Notes under the pieces: model-generated
The model's database searches: none
The model's input: only the letters and a program-made list of their open reading frames with translations
What the model was told of the DNA's origin: nothing
Assembly (NCBI GenBank): GCA_951406725.2
Contig: OX597835.1
Coordinates: forward strand, 37,386,001 to 37,450,000
Origin: Octopus vulgaris
Taxonomy: Eukaryota
DNA: 64,000 nt
Reading direction: 5' to 3'
Shown here: one piece after another, positions 25,993 through 39,858 of the stretch
Numbering within the stretch: position 1 is the first letter of the stretch
How the letters are laid out: every line of letters begins with the position of its first letter
Translations under genes and position numbers: made by a program

Positions 25993-27079
25993 ATGTTTCT
26001 TTATTAGCCACACAGGGCTGCACACAGATAGAACAAATTACAAGGTAGAGCTTTTCTTTTGAAGGTTTAAAAAAAAAAAAAAAAAAGGAAGGGGGAGTTT
26101 CGATCAAAAGGGATCGTAAAAGGAGAGAAAGAGGACAAAAAAAAGGGGGTTAAAAAAAAGGGGGAGAGGAAGGAAAAAAAAAAAAAAAATTGATCAATAG
26201 GGATCGTTATCACAGAAATGTCAATATGAAGTGTAAAGGGGAGGACAGGTGAGGTTTACCCGTGGAAACAAAAGCCTACGGAAAAGACCACGGTAACCTC
26301 GGTCAATGGAGTCACATGTTATATTTCTTTTTTTTTTTTTTTTTTTGCAAATAAGCAACTCTCTGTTTTCAATTTCTGGGTTCATAGGATCATGCTCAAG
26401 GTGGCTTCGTCATTCATACGTGCCATTCTTGCTACATTCACCCATCTTTTTAAAACATTCGCTAGACAAAACTTGCCTCTCTACTCTCACTTTCCTTTTC
26501 AAGTGGTACTTGAAGAAGTTGATGAGAGATTGACCAGAGAGGAAAGTGTTTGTCTCCAATCCTTTCAGACGCATCCACCAGATACATTCTTTCGCCATAG
26601 CCACAAGGATGATGAAAATAGCTCTTCCTTCCCGTTTGAAGGAGGGAGGCGTGACAATATTAACGATAGACTCAGCTGATAAACCGACTCGTCCCACATG
26701 TGACAGCAGTTGTTCGACATAAGCCCACAGGTCGGAAATTGTTGGACACTGCACGAGTGCGTGCAGAACGGTTTCGTCGCTCTGACCGCATCTCGGGCAG
26801 GTCGGCCCCGTGTTTCTCGAGCCGTGTCTGTAGAGCTTATCCCGAACGGGTAGCGCTTCTCGGTAGCACTGCCAGGCCAGGGATCTCTGGAAGTTGTCCA
26901 TGGGCCCTGGCCCGAAAGTCGTCCTGAACAGGCGGGTCAGGTACTCCTCGTCGACGTCCAGGTTCGCCCCGAGCTCGTCGTCGTACCTCCCCTCCACTAA
27001 ACCCCTATAGAATGCTTTGGTTGTGTTGAAGTCACTCAAGGTCGACCCAGGACGGCAGAGTTGCTTGAGAGCAACGCGA
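25993..27079 (-). mobile_element. second Tx1/L1-clade LINE 3' fragment inserted in the GATA array
   Basis: Same ORF2 C-terminus (26410-27079) with a more diverged 3' UTR; GATA repeats on both flanks. Confidence 0.9.
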
Positions 27080-28246
27080 GACAAATTGATAGATATATAG
27101 ATAGATAGATAGATAGACAAATTGATAGATACATAGATAGATAGATAGACAAATTGATAGATATATAGATAAATAGGTAGGTAGATAGATAGACAAATTG
27201 ATAGAGAGATAGATAGATAGATAGATAGGCAGATGGATAGACAGGCAGATAGATAGAAAGATAGATAGATATACAGACAGCTATATAGACAGACAGTTGA
27301 AGAAATGGTCTTTTCTACATCAGAGAGAAAAGGAGGGAGGGAGGGATAGAGAGGGACCAAAAGTACAGTTCTCAGTAATCCAGTCACAATATAGGAATAC
27401 ATCAGTGGGTGTTGGTTCCTGGCTCCTCGTTTGGATGATATCCTGGTTATTTCTGGAATCAATTGGCAAAGAGGAATTTTAAAATATCTTTTAACTCTCT
27501 TCAGATTTTCACATCTAAAAATTTTTATTCTCAGATTCTCTTCAAAGCTGCCAAACTCTCAGAAGACCAATTCCAACTCATGTGGGTGTCTTAGACACAT
27601 TCGCACACATACGCGAGCACACACACACACACACACATACACACACACATTATATATTCTATTTTCATATTGAGAAAATTTTTCCAGTAAATGTTATTTG
27701 CTGCTTTTAATTGCCTATAAAAATAACACCCACCCAACACATATATGTGCACACACACACACACACACAAATACATACATGCACACAGGGACACATGGAT
27801 ACAGAACTGAATTCAGAAACAGATACACACACATGTGTGTGTGTGTGTGTGTAAGTTTGAATGTATATGTATGTGTGCATATGTATGTATGCATGTGTGT
27901 ATATGCATATATATGCATGTGTATGAATACATTCTCATTTCTTCCTCTCTCTCTCTTTATATATATATATAATTGTATTTTTGTATTCTTATTCGTGTAA
28001 CCTTGTCCATTTTTCCATCCTTGTTTTGTATACATTCGAGGCTTTCTTCCAAGGAATCTAATGCACTTGGCTTAGATTTTCCTTTGGGACTGGCCAGATC
28101 GGAGCAATCTCAAGATTAATCAGCCGAAATTGCGAGGATGATCCAGTTGTTGACTGAAGATCGAAGGCTTCGAATGTCCCATCTGTGTTTTTTGTACCGC
28201 CTTCTAAATGTTTTGCGTTCTTGTCCCAGTTTGTATTTTTTTACAT

Positions 28247-28632
28247 GAGTGGCTGTGTGGTAAGTAGCTTGTTTACCAACCACATGGTTCCGGGTTCAGT
28301 CCCACTGCGTGGCACCTTGGGCAAGTGTCTTCTACTATAGCCTCGGGCTCACCAAAGCCTTGTGAGTGGATTTGGTAGACGGAAACTGAAAGAAGCCTGT
28401 CGTATATATGTATATATATGTATATGCGTGTCTGTGTTTGTCCCCCTAGCATTGCTTGACAACCGATGCTGGTGTGTTTACGTCCCTGTTACTTAGCGGT
28501 TCAGCAAAAGAGACTGATAGAATAAGTACTGGGCTTACAAAAGAATAAGTCCCGAGGTCGAGTTGCTCAATTAAAGGTGGTGCTCCAGCATGGCTGCAGT
28601 CAAATGACTAAAACAAGTAAAAGAGTAAAGAG
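28247..28632 (+). mobile_element. SINE family A
   Basis: Match to the family pattern seen in the window. Confidence 0.9.
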
Positions 28633-28704
28633 TATACACATATCTATACATGCATATATATCTATATCTACATATATGTTTACAGTGTATGTATACATAG
28701 ATAC

Positions 28705-29112
28705 ATTCACCATCATCATCATCATCATTTAATGTCCATTGTCCATGCTGGCATGAGTTGAACCGTTTGACCAGAGCTGGCACACTGGGGCATTGCACCA
28801 CACTCCACTCTGATTGGACATGATTTCTACAGCTTGGATGCCCTTCCTAATGCCAGCCACTTTACTGAGTAAGCTGGATACCTTTACATGGCACTGTTTG
28901 GGTGCTTTATACCATCAGGACTAGTCTTAACACTTCTGCTGTGGAGTACAAGTCTTTTTGAGTACAGCATGGCACTGGGTATCTCCGTCCTTTGTCCTCT
29001 CACCTGAAAGGTTTAGCATCCTGAGGGCATTCTTCAGTACTTCATCCCATGTTTTCCTGGGTCTCCCGCTTCCACATGTTCCATCCACTTTGCGAGACCA
29101 GCACTTCTTTAA
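28705..29112 (-). mobile_element. RTE LINE 3' end including the ORF C-terminus
   Basis: KKCWSRKVDGTCGSGRPRKTWDEVLKNALRMLNL..AVLKKT (RTE GRPxxxW motif) followed by a degenerate UTR and GAT tail. Confidence 0.8.
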
Positions 29113-29129
29113 TGGAGCTGTTGGCATAT

Positions 29130-29339
29130 TCTTTTACTCTTTTACTTGTTTCACTCATTTTGACTGCGGCCATGCTGCAGCACCGCCTTTAGTCGAGCAA
29201 ATCGACCCAAGGACTTATTCTTTGTAAGCCTAGTACTTATTCTATCAGTCTCTTTTGCCGAACTGCTAAGTAACGGGGATGTAAATACACAAGCATCGTT
29301 TTGTCAAGCAATGTTGGGTGAGAGGAGGAAGAAACACAA

Positions 29340-29396
<57 letters not shown>

Positions 29397-29560
29397 CGAC
29401 GGGCTTCTTTCAGTTTCCGTCTACCAAATCCACTCACAAGGCTTTGGTCGGCCTGAGGCTATAGTAGAAGACACTTGCCCAAGGTGCCACGCAGTGGGAC
29501 TGAACCCGGAACCATGTGGTTGGTAAGCAAGCTACTTACCACACAGCCACTTCTGGGCCT
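29130..29560 (-). mobile_element. SINE family A
   Basis: Reverse-complement full copy. Confidence 0.9.
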
Positions 29561-29714
29561 ATGTATATTATATTATATTGTTATTTAAAACTGTTTAAAT
29601 CAGCTTTACTTGACAAAGTTTCACAGGCTTCTAACACAAGCCTTGATTGTTCAGAAGCCTGAACAAGTCAGGTATTTTTCAAAAGCCAGTGAAACTCTAA
29701 GTTGCATGGAAATT

Positions 29715-30246
29715 GGAGATGCTGTGCTTGAGAAGACCCGATAAGTGAGACCATAACCTCGTGGCCTATGCCAGGGGTGTAACCAGCCCACTTATGTGTA
29801 CCTTTCCTTCATTGGACAATAAACTCAGCTTGCAAAGACCTGTTGAGTCAAGTGAAATTGAAATCAAATTCGATGACTGGCATCCGTGCTAGTGGAGCAC
29901 TAAGAGCACCATCCGAGCAAGATCATTGCCAGAGCACTTGAGTGGCATGTAAAAAGCACCATTCGAGTGTGATCATTACCAGTGTCGCCTTACTGGTACT
30001 TGTGCAGGTGGCACGTAAAAAACACCATTTGAGCATGGCCATTGAAGTACCGCCTGTCTGGCCTTTGTGCTAGTGGCACATATAAGCACCCACTACACTG
30101 TTGGAGTGGTTGGTGTTAGGAAGGGCATCCAGCTGTAGAAACTCTGCCAAGCCAAGATTGGAGCCTGGTGCAACCATCTGGTTTGCCAGTCCTCAGTCAA
30201 ATCGTCCATGGAAAACGGACGTTAAACAATGATGACGATGATGATG
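29715..30246 (+). mobile_element. RTE LINE ORF end plus full 3' UTR
   Basis: gctgtgcttgagaagacccgataa = AVLEKTR* at 29721-29744, then the tandem-unit UTR and GAT tail. Confidence 0.8.
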
Positions 30247-31017
30247 AAAATCAAATTTGCATTTTGAACTTGAGAATGGTTTTGCATATTTTTACTGTTC
30301 CACTTATAAATTATAATTGTAATGTGCAAGTTACTTGGTTGATTTCTTTTTGTGAAAGCCCCAGCTTATTCAGATTGTCGTTTAGACATTTACTTCCAGA
30401 ACTAAGTGCACCAATTATTATTGGTATAAATGTGAATATACATGCATATACATGTGTATATATATATATATATATATATGTATTTATGTGTGTATGTATT
30501 TATACACAAACACACACTTGCACACATGTATATAAGAATGCTTGTATGTATACACAAATATATATCTGTGTGTGTATCTATGTGTATATATAATAGCACT
30601 CAATGGAAATTACTCTCTGTAAAAGTATGGTATGTTTACATTTGAGAAATGTTAAATGTCAACAACTCCCAAATGCCAGTTTTATATATTTTTGATTAAT
30701 TCATATACATATATATGATTATATGTATATGTATGTATATATATATATATAATATGCATATATGTATCTTTGTAGATGTGTGAGAATACAATGCCTATGT
30801 GTAATTATATTTCTGAGTGTGGGCATTTATATGTGTGTGTGTATATATATATGTATGTATATATACAAATAAACACTCATACACGGAATAAGCAAGACAC
30901 TTGGATTATGTAATGGACTTCCTGTTCATAGGTCACGAGCTCAAAATCAGTCCTGGTGTTGTATTTCTAAGTGGAACCTAGTATTCTTGATTGTATGTAA
31001 AGTCTACTCACACACAT

Positions 31018-31071
<54 letters not shown>

Positions 31072-31664
31072 ATACATACATATACATAGAGAGAGAGATA
31101 GCTAGATAAACATGTGTGTGTGTGAACATATATATATATATATATCAGATGTATAATATACCTGTGTGGTATGAAGCTTGCTTCCCAGTCATATACTTCT
31201 GGGTTCAGGAGCACTTCATGGTACCTTGGGCAAGTGTTTTGTGTGTGGATTCAGTTGAAAGAAGCTGAAAGCAGCCCATCACACACACACACACCTGTGT
31301 GTGTGATGGGCTGCTTTCAGCTGTGTGTGTGTGTTTTTTTGTTGTTTTTTTGTCCCATCCATGTAACCTAGTGGTTCAGCAAAAGAGACTGAAAGAAATA
31401 TGTCCTGCGATTGATCTGTTCGAAAAAACGTGGTGCTCCAGTATGGCCACAATCAAATAACTGAAACAAAAGAATTAAAGAATAAATGTTTGTGCTGCAC
31501 CTTACCTCATTCCCTCCATCCAACGAACATTACCTGTGCAGGTGTTCAAGTGTGCCACGATTCAGATGTTGAAGTACATGAAGGGTAACGTGAAATTAAA
31601 TATTTTGGTGAAAAACACAACACACATCCTAACCCCTCGAGCATGGGCCTTCACTGACATGATA

Positions 31665-32075
31665 AATACATATTCTCTCTGTCTGTCTGTATGTATGTAC
31701 GAGCAAAACACCCCTACCCCCATCCAATGGACAGTGCTGAGTTATCAAAAATTTAAACCAAATTTTCTTAAAACACTTGTCCGACCGTCCCATAGGCCTC
31801 CCCTTTGAGAAACACTGATTTAACCTAAATTTGAGACACCAGAAAAAGAAGAAATAAAGATAGACTTTTTTCTATTCCAAAGAAAAACGATTTCTCACGG
31901 CTTTATCAATCACATTCTCACCTGGAATCGATTTTTGTAATTTTTTCAAGACTTATACATGCCCTGATACCGTCGGTATCTACATATCAAATTTGAGCAC
32001 AATCGGATGGAGGATGCCCGAGATCCTAGAAGCCATATACACAGACAGACAGAATGGATTTTATATAATATATAT
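31665..32075. mobile_element. Helentron/DINE-like non-autonomous element
   Basis: (TCTG)n near one end and acagacagacagaatggattttatataatata at the other; internal caaatttgagcacaatcggat motif. Confidence 0.4.
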
Positions 32076-32082
32076 ATATGCA

Positions 32083-32305
32083 AGGCAGTGAGCTGGCAGA
32101 CACGTTAGCACGCTGGGCGAAATGCTTAGCGGTATTTCGTCTGCCGTTACATTCCGAGTTCAAATTCCGCCGAGGTCGACTTTGCCTTTCATCCTTTCGG
32201 GGTCGATAAATTAAGTACCAGTTATGCACTGGGGTCGATGTAATCCTTTTGTCTGTCCTTGGTTGTCCCCTCTGCGTTTAGCCCCTTGTGGGTAGTAAAG
32301 AAATA
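32083..32305 (+). mobile_element. SINE family B, full length
   Basis: tRNA-like head; central gcctttcatcctttcggggtcgataaa..gtaccag (resembles the MetaSINE domain, from memory); tail tagccccttgtgggtagtaaagaaat. Confidence 0.9.
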
Positions 32306-32539
32306 TATATATATACACGCACACACACATATTAGGTTAATGTTTGTATTTATGTTGTTATAATAAAAACAATTTTACTTTAATCTCATCGGTCACTCTA
32401 TACTTTTGTAGAGTACAAATTTATTGTTCTTAAACCAGAATGTTGCTGACCGTGACTTTGAAGTCACTGTCAATAGTCTTCCTTAAGAATAATATATATA
32501 TATATATATATATATACACATTATTCTTATCAAAATGAA

Positions 32540-32893
32540 AATCAACTGGAAATTGTAGTTAAGATATCCATGCCGGAGATACGTTAAAAACACCATCCGA
32601 ACGTGGCAGTTGCCAGCGCCGCCTGGACTGGCGTCCGTGTCGGTGACACGTAAAAGCACCAACCAATCGTGGCCGTTTGCCAGCCTCATATGGCCCCTAT
32701 GCTGATGGCACATAAAAAGCACCCACTACACTCATGAAGTAGTTGGTGTTAGGAAGGACATCCAGCTGTAGAAACACTGCCAGATCAGTCTGGAGCCTGG
32801 TGCAGCCTCCTGGCTTCCCAGACCCCGGTCGAACTGTCCAACCCATGCTAGCATGGAAAAACAGACGTTAAACAATGATAATGATGATGATGA
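32540..32893 (+). mobile_element. RTE LINE 3' UTR copy
   Basis: Same family as 2574-2900. Confidence 0.85.
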
Positions 32894-33791
32894 TATATAT
32901 ATATTCACCTACATATGCCTTTGTGCGTGTGTGTGTATTTATATATTTGTGTATATATGTATTTATCTCTGTGCGTGTATGTAAATATATACTATCATTA
33001 TCATCGTTGTTTAACGCCTACCTATATGTATGTGTGTGTGTGTTTGTATTTAAGTAATTTAATATTTATGAGAGAAAAATGTTTACTGTAATTAAATTTC
33101 TTCAGCCAGTTCCTGTCTGTATTCAAGAAACCTTTGTTAGCTACAGAATATATATCAACCAAATAATTTAATTATACGCTACACCATGTATTGAGTACCA
33201 TTCCTCTGGTTCATTATGAGAAACTCTTACATATTGCCCCACAATGGGTGCAGCAGTTTAATTGAATTGCGATCACACAGTTGAAAAATAGAGAAGCACT
33301 TCACTGCAAGTCAAAGCTTGTAATAACAATATAAGATGTTACCAGGTACATGTATCTGTATATATTCACTTTTGTATTTGATTAGAAAAATTCTTGATGT
33401 GGTTTTGTATGTTGAAATCAATCTTCTTGTGTCTTGGGAGGGTGGTCATGCCAATAATAGTAATAACACATGCACTGGTTCAATTTCACTTCATTATTGT
33501 TAGTCAATTTGGGTAAGTGTTTAACCAAATAACAAATCTAATTGAAAATGAAATGGCACAAGTTCTATGTCAGTGATTCTCATTTACAGGCATCATACCT
33601 TTGCTCACTGATTCAATCTATACCTACTGACTCAAAGGGATGCCACCTCTAGCTGTTTTTGAGCAAGACAATCACTCAACAACAACTTCAACCATTGTTC
33701 TAAGTGGAAGTTTGGTCACACCCCTATTTGAGTACTCAAAACCATCTTTATGAAAACTCCTCATATCCTCCCTCTCTCTCTCTCTGTATAT

Positions 33792-33828
<37 letters not shown>

Positions 33829-33917
33829 ATATAATTCGAGACAAAACCACTATTTTAAAACCAAACAAGGAAAGACTTAATCAATACATAAAATTTTAAT
33901 ATAAATTAAATAAACCG

Positions 33918-33960
33918 CCACTACAAATGTTTCATGTCTGCTCCGACAATCTTCAGGTGG
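33918..33960 (-). ncRNA. minimal type I hammerhead ribozyme motif (PLE-type)
   Basis: Minus strand: ccac-CTGAAGA-ttgtc-ggagca-gacat-GAAAC-attt-GTA-gtgg; stem I ccac/gtgg, stem II tgtc/gaca, intact core. Confidence 0.65.
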
Positions 33961-34056
33961 ATTTTCGATCTAAAAATAGCAATATTTTAAAATATAATTT
34001 TAAATAATTTAAAATAATAAAACAATAAAATTATCAATGAAAGAATGTAAAAAAAT

Positions 34057-34091
<35 letters not shown>

Positions 34092-34315
34092 GCAGACAGA
34101 CAATATATATACACATATACATATATAAATATATACACACATACATATATAAATTTATACATACATACATATATAAATATATACATACATACATATATAA
34201 ATACATACATATATACACACTCATACATATATAAATATATACTCACATATATACACACACATATATACACATATGCATATATAAATTCGCACACATATGT
34301 ACATATATATATAAT

Positions 34316-34359
<44 letters not shown>

Positions 34360-34745
34360 TGTGCAGACTCACACGCATACACTCACATGCATGCTAATGC
34401 ACACAGACATACGGGCACACTAAAACATACACATACACACAGGCATGTACACGCAAATCTGTTATTTGTAAAATGTTTGACAGCAAATAGCGTTCTTAAC
34501 AGGAGTAAAAATGCCATAGACCATTTTATGATGTGTTAAGATGTAACAATTCCATCGATTTATGGTTCGAGTTTCCTGCTGTCCATTTTATGTCCGGCTT
34601 TGGCCAACAAGAAACATGAGAAGTAAGGCTTTGGCAAGCAAAGGTTAGCATATATATATGTGTGTACGTGTGTGTGTGTGTGTTTGTTTATGTATATGTG
34701 TGTGCATGTATGCATGTGATGTGCTTGAGTATGTGTGTGTACTAA

Positions 34746-34953
34746 GTGTGGCTGTGTGATAAGAAGCTTGCTTCCCAACCAAATGGTTCTGGGATCAGTC
34801 CCACTGCATGGCACCTTGGGCAAGTGTCTTCTACTATTGCCTCAGGCCGCCCAAAGTCTTGTGGTCTTGTGAGTGGACTTCGTAGAGGGAAACTGAAAGA
34901 AACCCATCACGTATATATATATAATACATATATATATATACATATATATATAC

Positions 34954-35023
<70 letters not shown>

Positions 35024-35398
35024 AAGTATGTATGTATATATGCATATGTATATGTGTGTGTATTATCTCTGTAACTTAATGGTTTAGCAAAGGAAACCAA
35101 TAGAGTAAGTACCATGCTTAAAGAAAAGTGAGTGCTTTGGTCAATTTGAGCCCCAGCATGGCCACAGTCTAATGACTGAAACAAGTAAAAGAAAAAAATT
35201 AAATATCTTCGTGGTAACACGCATATGAATTTGAAGGGATATACCTATTTCTTTACTATCCACAAGGGGCTAAACACAGAGGGAACAAACAAGGACAGAC
35301 AAATGGATTAAGTCGATTACATCAACCCCAGTGCGTAACTGGTACTTAATTTATTGACCCCCAAAATGATGAAAAGCAAAGTCGATCTCGGTGGAATT
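34746..35398. mobile_element. degenerate SINE A (+, 34746-35195) and SINE B 3' part (-, 35243-35398)
   Basis: Similarity to the other copies. Confidence 0.8.
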
Positions 35399-35399
35399 G

Positions 35400-36190
35400 T
35401 GTTGTCCTGAAGAAAATGACAATCTTCCAATTGACCAATTTTGGATGTTTTTCATTAATTGTCTTCTTTAATCAATCTCATTGGGAACAATAATTACCTG
35501 AATTCAATGACTGATTTTGTGGAAGAAACTGATAATAAACAATGTCCTTCCAATGTCCACCAAACTCAGAGCTTCGTCTTCTTCAGATACTGACCAACGT
35601 TTCAAGAAGTTAAAAGTGGTTCGTTTCATTTTGTCCAGGATCTTTCCACTCTACATTTTTGTGAACAATCCATTTGTTACCACCTGTGACCATTCTCCTC
35701 AAAAATGGGTTGTTTTATAATATTTCAGCAGTAAAATCGCAAATGGAAATGTCATCCATTAAGTTTTTTTTTTTCCCATCAAATTATGAGGCATCTAAAG
35801 ATGATGGTGATTTATGTATCCAAGTGATTTTTAAATGCCTTGTCATGGTCACATGAGAAGTGTGGAACATCTCTTCTGTCATGTGATCTGGGTTATCTTT
35901 GATTAGTGTTTCGATTTGGTTATCAACAACTGTAACCCTGTCAAAACGTTTACGACCTTCCATATCAAAATTTTTATGTCTCAACCTAGCGAACCACTTT
36001 CAAAACATTCCTCTCAGCTTTGGCACCATTTCGATAAACTGCACAGATCTGTTCTGCAGTTTCTGCAGCACTTTTTTCCCTTGTGGATAGAAAGGAGCAT
36101 CAAATGATGAAAATATATGACATTTTCCTCCATTTTTAACTTATAATAATGTAAAAACAGTAGAAGTAATAGAATAGAAAAATGTTCAAA
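35400..36190 (-). pseudogene. mariner (Mos1-like) transposase pseudogene
   Basis: Minus strand: YFHHLMLLSIHKGK, FDMEGRKRFDR..IETLIKDNP, FLRRMVTGGNKWIVHKNV (degenerate VTGDEKW). Confidence 0.75.
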
Positions 36191-36306
36191 TGACACCTTT
36201 CAGAAAATTTATATATGTTCTATCCTTCTGTTGTGAGAGAAACAAAATCCTTTGTTTAAAAGTGACGAATTGAAAAATAGCAGAAATCTTTGTTCTAAGC
36301 CAATTT

Positions 36307-36337
<31 letters not shown>

Positions 36338-36354
36338 AAAGGGTTGTTTTCCTT

Positions 36355-36870
36355 TGGTGTCCGTGCTAGCAGGGTGCAAAGAGCACCATACGAGTGTGAT
36401 CATTGACAGAGTGGCTAACCAGCTTCAGTGCCAGTGGCACTTAAAAGGCACCATTTGAGCCTGATCGTTACCAGCGTCACCTTACTGGCACTCGAGCCCC
36501 ATGCTAGTAGGGTATTAAGAGCATCATCCAAGCGTGATTGTTGCCAGAGCGGCTATCTGGTCTCCGTGCCGATGGCACATAAAAGATACCATTCGAGTGT
36601 GATCGTTACCAGTATCACCTTACTGGTACCTGTGCCGGTGACATGTAAAAGATTCGATCAAGGTCATTGCCAGTACCACCTGACTGGCCTCGTACTGGTG
36701 GCATGTAAAAGCACGCACTACACTCTCGGAGTGGTTGGCGTTAGGAAGGGCATCCAGCAGTAGAAACTCTGCCAGATCAAGATTGGAGCCTGGTGCAGCC
36801 ATCTGGTTTGCCAGCCCTCAGTCAAATCGTCCAACCCATGCTAGCATGGAAAGTGGACGTTAAACGATGA
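36355..36870 (+). mobile_element. RTE LINE 3' UTR copy with the longest tandem array in the window
   Basis: About six degenerate ggtggcacgtaaaagcacc units before the common terminus. Confidence 0.85.
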
Positions 36871-36871
36871 T

Positions 36872-37020
36872 TACATCTGTCAAATGTAATGCCTATTTAT
36901 TCACACAGTCTTAAAACGACATTGTAGGGTAGGTGTGAGAGACTGGACCTGGTCAATTTGAACATAAAACAGGTGGAATATACGGGCCAGACACGATTGG
37001 TTTAGATGGTAAAAAGTTAA
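36872..37020. mobile_element. piggyBac-like MITE fragment (second family)
   Basis: Ends ...aaaaagTTAA; shares ctg(t/c)caaatgtaatgc with 46774-46890, which starts TTAAtcctttagcattc. Confidence 0.45.
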
Positions 37021-37572
37021 AATAAAGCCACAGTTTGACGGTCATCTGAAGGCTCATGGCGAAGAACTCTTAAAGGAATACGTCTGCAGTAAGAAAATGG
37101 TTATGCTCAACAATGAATGAACAAACATCACACACACACACATGCTTATATATAATGCATGTGTGTGTGTGTGCAGCTGTGTGTGTGTGTATGCGTACCT
37201 ATGTACTTATGTACTTATGCATTTTCATGTGTGTGTTGTTAGCTTCTGAGTTCATATGAACTGGTGTAGCTTGTACACATCTCAGGCTGACACAGACTGG
37301 CACTGATAGCCTCACTGTCTCTCTCACACACTTACACACACGTGTGTATATAGAGACACATACATATATGTATGTATGAATGTATGTATGTGTATATATA
37401 TATATATGTATATATCTATATACATATATGTACATGTGTGTGTATATATATATATATACATATATATAGTGCATGTGTTTATTTGGAAAACAAAATGACC
37501 ATCCTTATATATTCACTCACACACACTGATTGGTAAAACCAACCGTTATGGATACTTAATACTATAAATTTC

Positions 37573-37620
<48 letters not shown>

Positions 37621-37855
37621 ATATATATATATGTATGTATATATATATATATGTATATATATATATGTATGTATATATATATATGTATGTATATATATAT
37701 ATGTATGTATATATATATGTATGTATATATATATGTATGTATATATGTATGTATGTATATATATATGTATGTATGTATATATATGTATGTATGTATATAT
37801 ATATGTATGTATATATATATGTATGTATATATATATGTATGTATATATATATGTA

Positions 37856-37911
<56 letters not shown>

Positions 37912-38066
37912 TATCCATAGAGAGAGAGAGAAAAAGACAGAGGGAGTGAGTGAGAGAGAGAGAGGCAGAGAGAGAAAGGCATAGATGTAGATAGATTATT
38001 AGACTTAGATATGTGTATGTATATCTATGTATGTATTTATTCATCCATATTTCTCTCTCTCTTTAT

Positions 38067-38104
<38 letters not shown>

Positions 38105-38466
38105 GTGTGTGTATATATATCTATATCTACATAAATAACTGTATCTTTTGTTTATCTTGTGGTGCACAATCATGAAAGTGGCCAGTCCATGGTTGTGTTG
38201 GCAGTGTCTAGAATCTCTCATCTGTAGGTTTCTATATTTATGGTGTTATGTAAACAGGGAATACATTCCTGGATGGTGGCTACGTTCAGCTGGTCCTTCA
38301 TCGCTGCGGCTCCACTAAGGGGTGCACTTAACAGATGAGTCGGTTCACTGAGCAAAGCCATGATCTGGAAGATGATCACTGTTTATCTTAGATATGTACA
38401 CACACACACATAAATGTATGTGTGTGTATATATCTATATATGTATATACATGCATATATATATGTG

Positions 38467-38501
<35 letters not shown>

Positions 38502-38502
38502 A

Positions 38503-38559
<57 letters not shown>

Positions 38560-38570
38560 TTTTGTTTATT

Positions 38571-38625
<55 letters not shown>

Positions 38626-39111
38626 AAATACAGATACACAAACATTTATATACAGAAAGGGAAAGAGGGAGAGACAGAGGGAGATTAAGTCAGGGATGGA
38701 GAGAGAGAGGAAGAGAGAGGAGAAGAGAGAGAGAAAAAGAGAGAGAGAGGAAGAGAGAGAAAGGAAGAGAGAGAGAGAGAGAGACTTTTGCTATTATATT
38801 TTTTCAAACCCCTGTGGCTGTGGGCAAATTTGAACTAGCCTTCAAAATATTTGTTCGCCAATGTCATTTCCGTGGGTGAGAATGTGTGTGTGTCTATGCA
38901 TGTGTGTCTGCGTGTGTGTGTGTATTTCGATAGCTATACCAATACTATGCACTTCTACATATTCAAGAAAGCCACCATCTCTTGGATATCGTGGAAGTGT
39001 ATATTTTCATCATCATTATTATCATTTAACATCTGTTTTATAAACACATATGTATAACTACATGCATACATACGTGTATGTGTATGTCTATATATATATA
39101 TATATATACAT

Positions 39112-39470
39112 TACTCTCTCTTTTACTCTTTTACTTGTTTCAGTCATTTGACTGCGGCCATGCTGGAGCACCGCATTTAGTCAAGCAAATCGACCCCACG
39201 ACTTATTCTTTGTAAGCCCAGTACTTATTCTATCGGTCTCTTTTGCCAAACCGCTAAGTGACGGGGATGTAAACACACCAGCATCGGCTGTCAAGCAATA
39301 CTAGGGGGACAAACACAGACACACAAACATATACACACACACACTTATATATATACATATATACGACAGGCTTCTTTCAGTTTCCGTCTACCAAATCCAC
39401 TCACAAGACATTGGTCGGCCTGGGGCTATAGCAGAAGACACTTGCCCAAGATGCCATGCAGTGGGACTGA
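39112..39470 (-). mobile_element. SINE family A, 5'-truncated
   Basis: Reverse-complement match. Confidence 0.9.
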
Positions 39471-39656
39471 ATATAGACAAAGGAAGAAAAGGAAAATGAT
39501 AAAAACATTGAGTGTTATTTGTAGCTCATTACAACCGGCCTAAGATAAAATAGAAAAGGCAACAGGAAGACTCATTAGGTGTGACTGGGGGAATGTCGAA
39601 CTCTCCCCACCTTGTGTGTTCCTCTAATGAATGAACAAGCAATAAAACAAAGGTTC

Positions 39657-39691
<35 letters not shown>

Positions 39692-39781
39692 GAATATAGA
39701 TATGAATATATATGTATCTATCTATCTATCTATCTATATATACATATATATACATATATATACATACATACATATCTACAC

Positions 39782-39812
<31 letters not shown>

Positions 39813-39827
39813 CATACATATCTACAC

Positions 39828-39858
<31 letters not shown>

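Noticed and set aside
26410-27462. 350-aa ORF as a novel fusion protein
   Set aside because: It is chance read-through from unique DNA across (TATC)n into the truncated LINE ORF2
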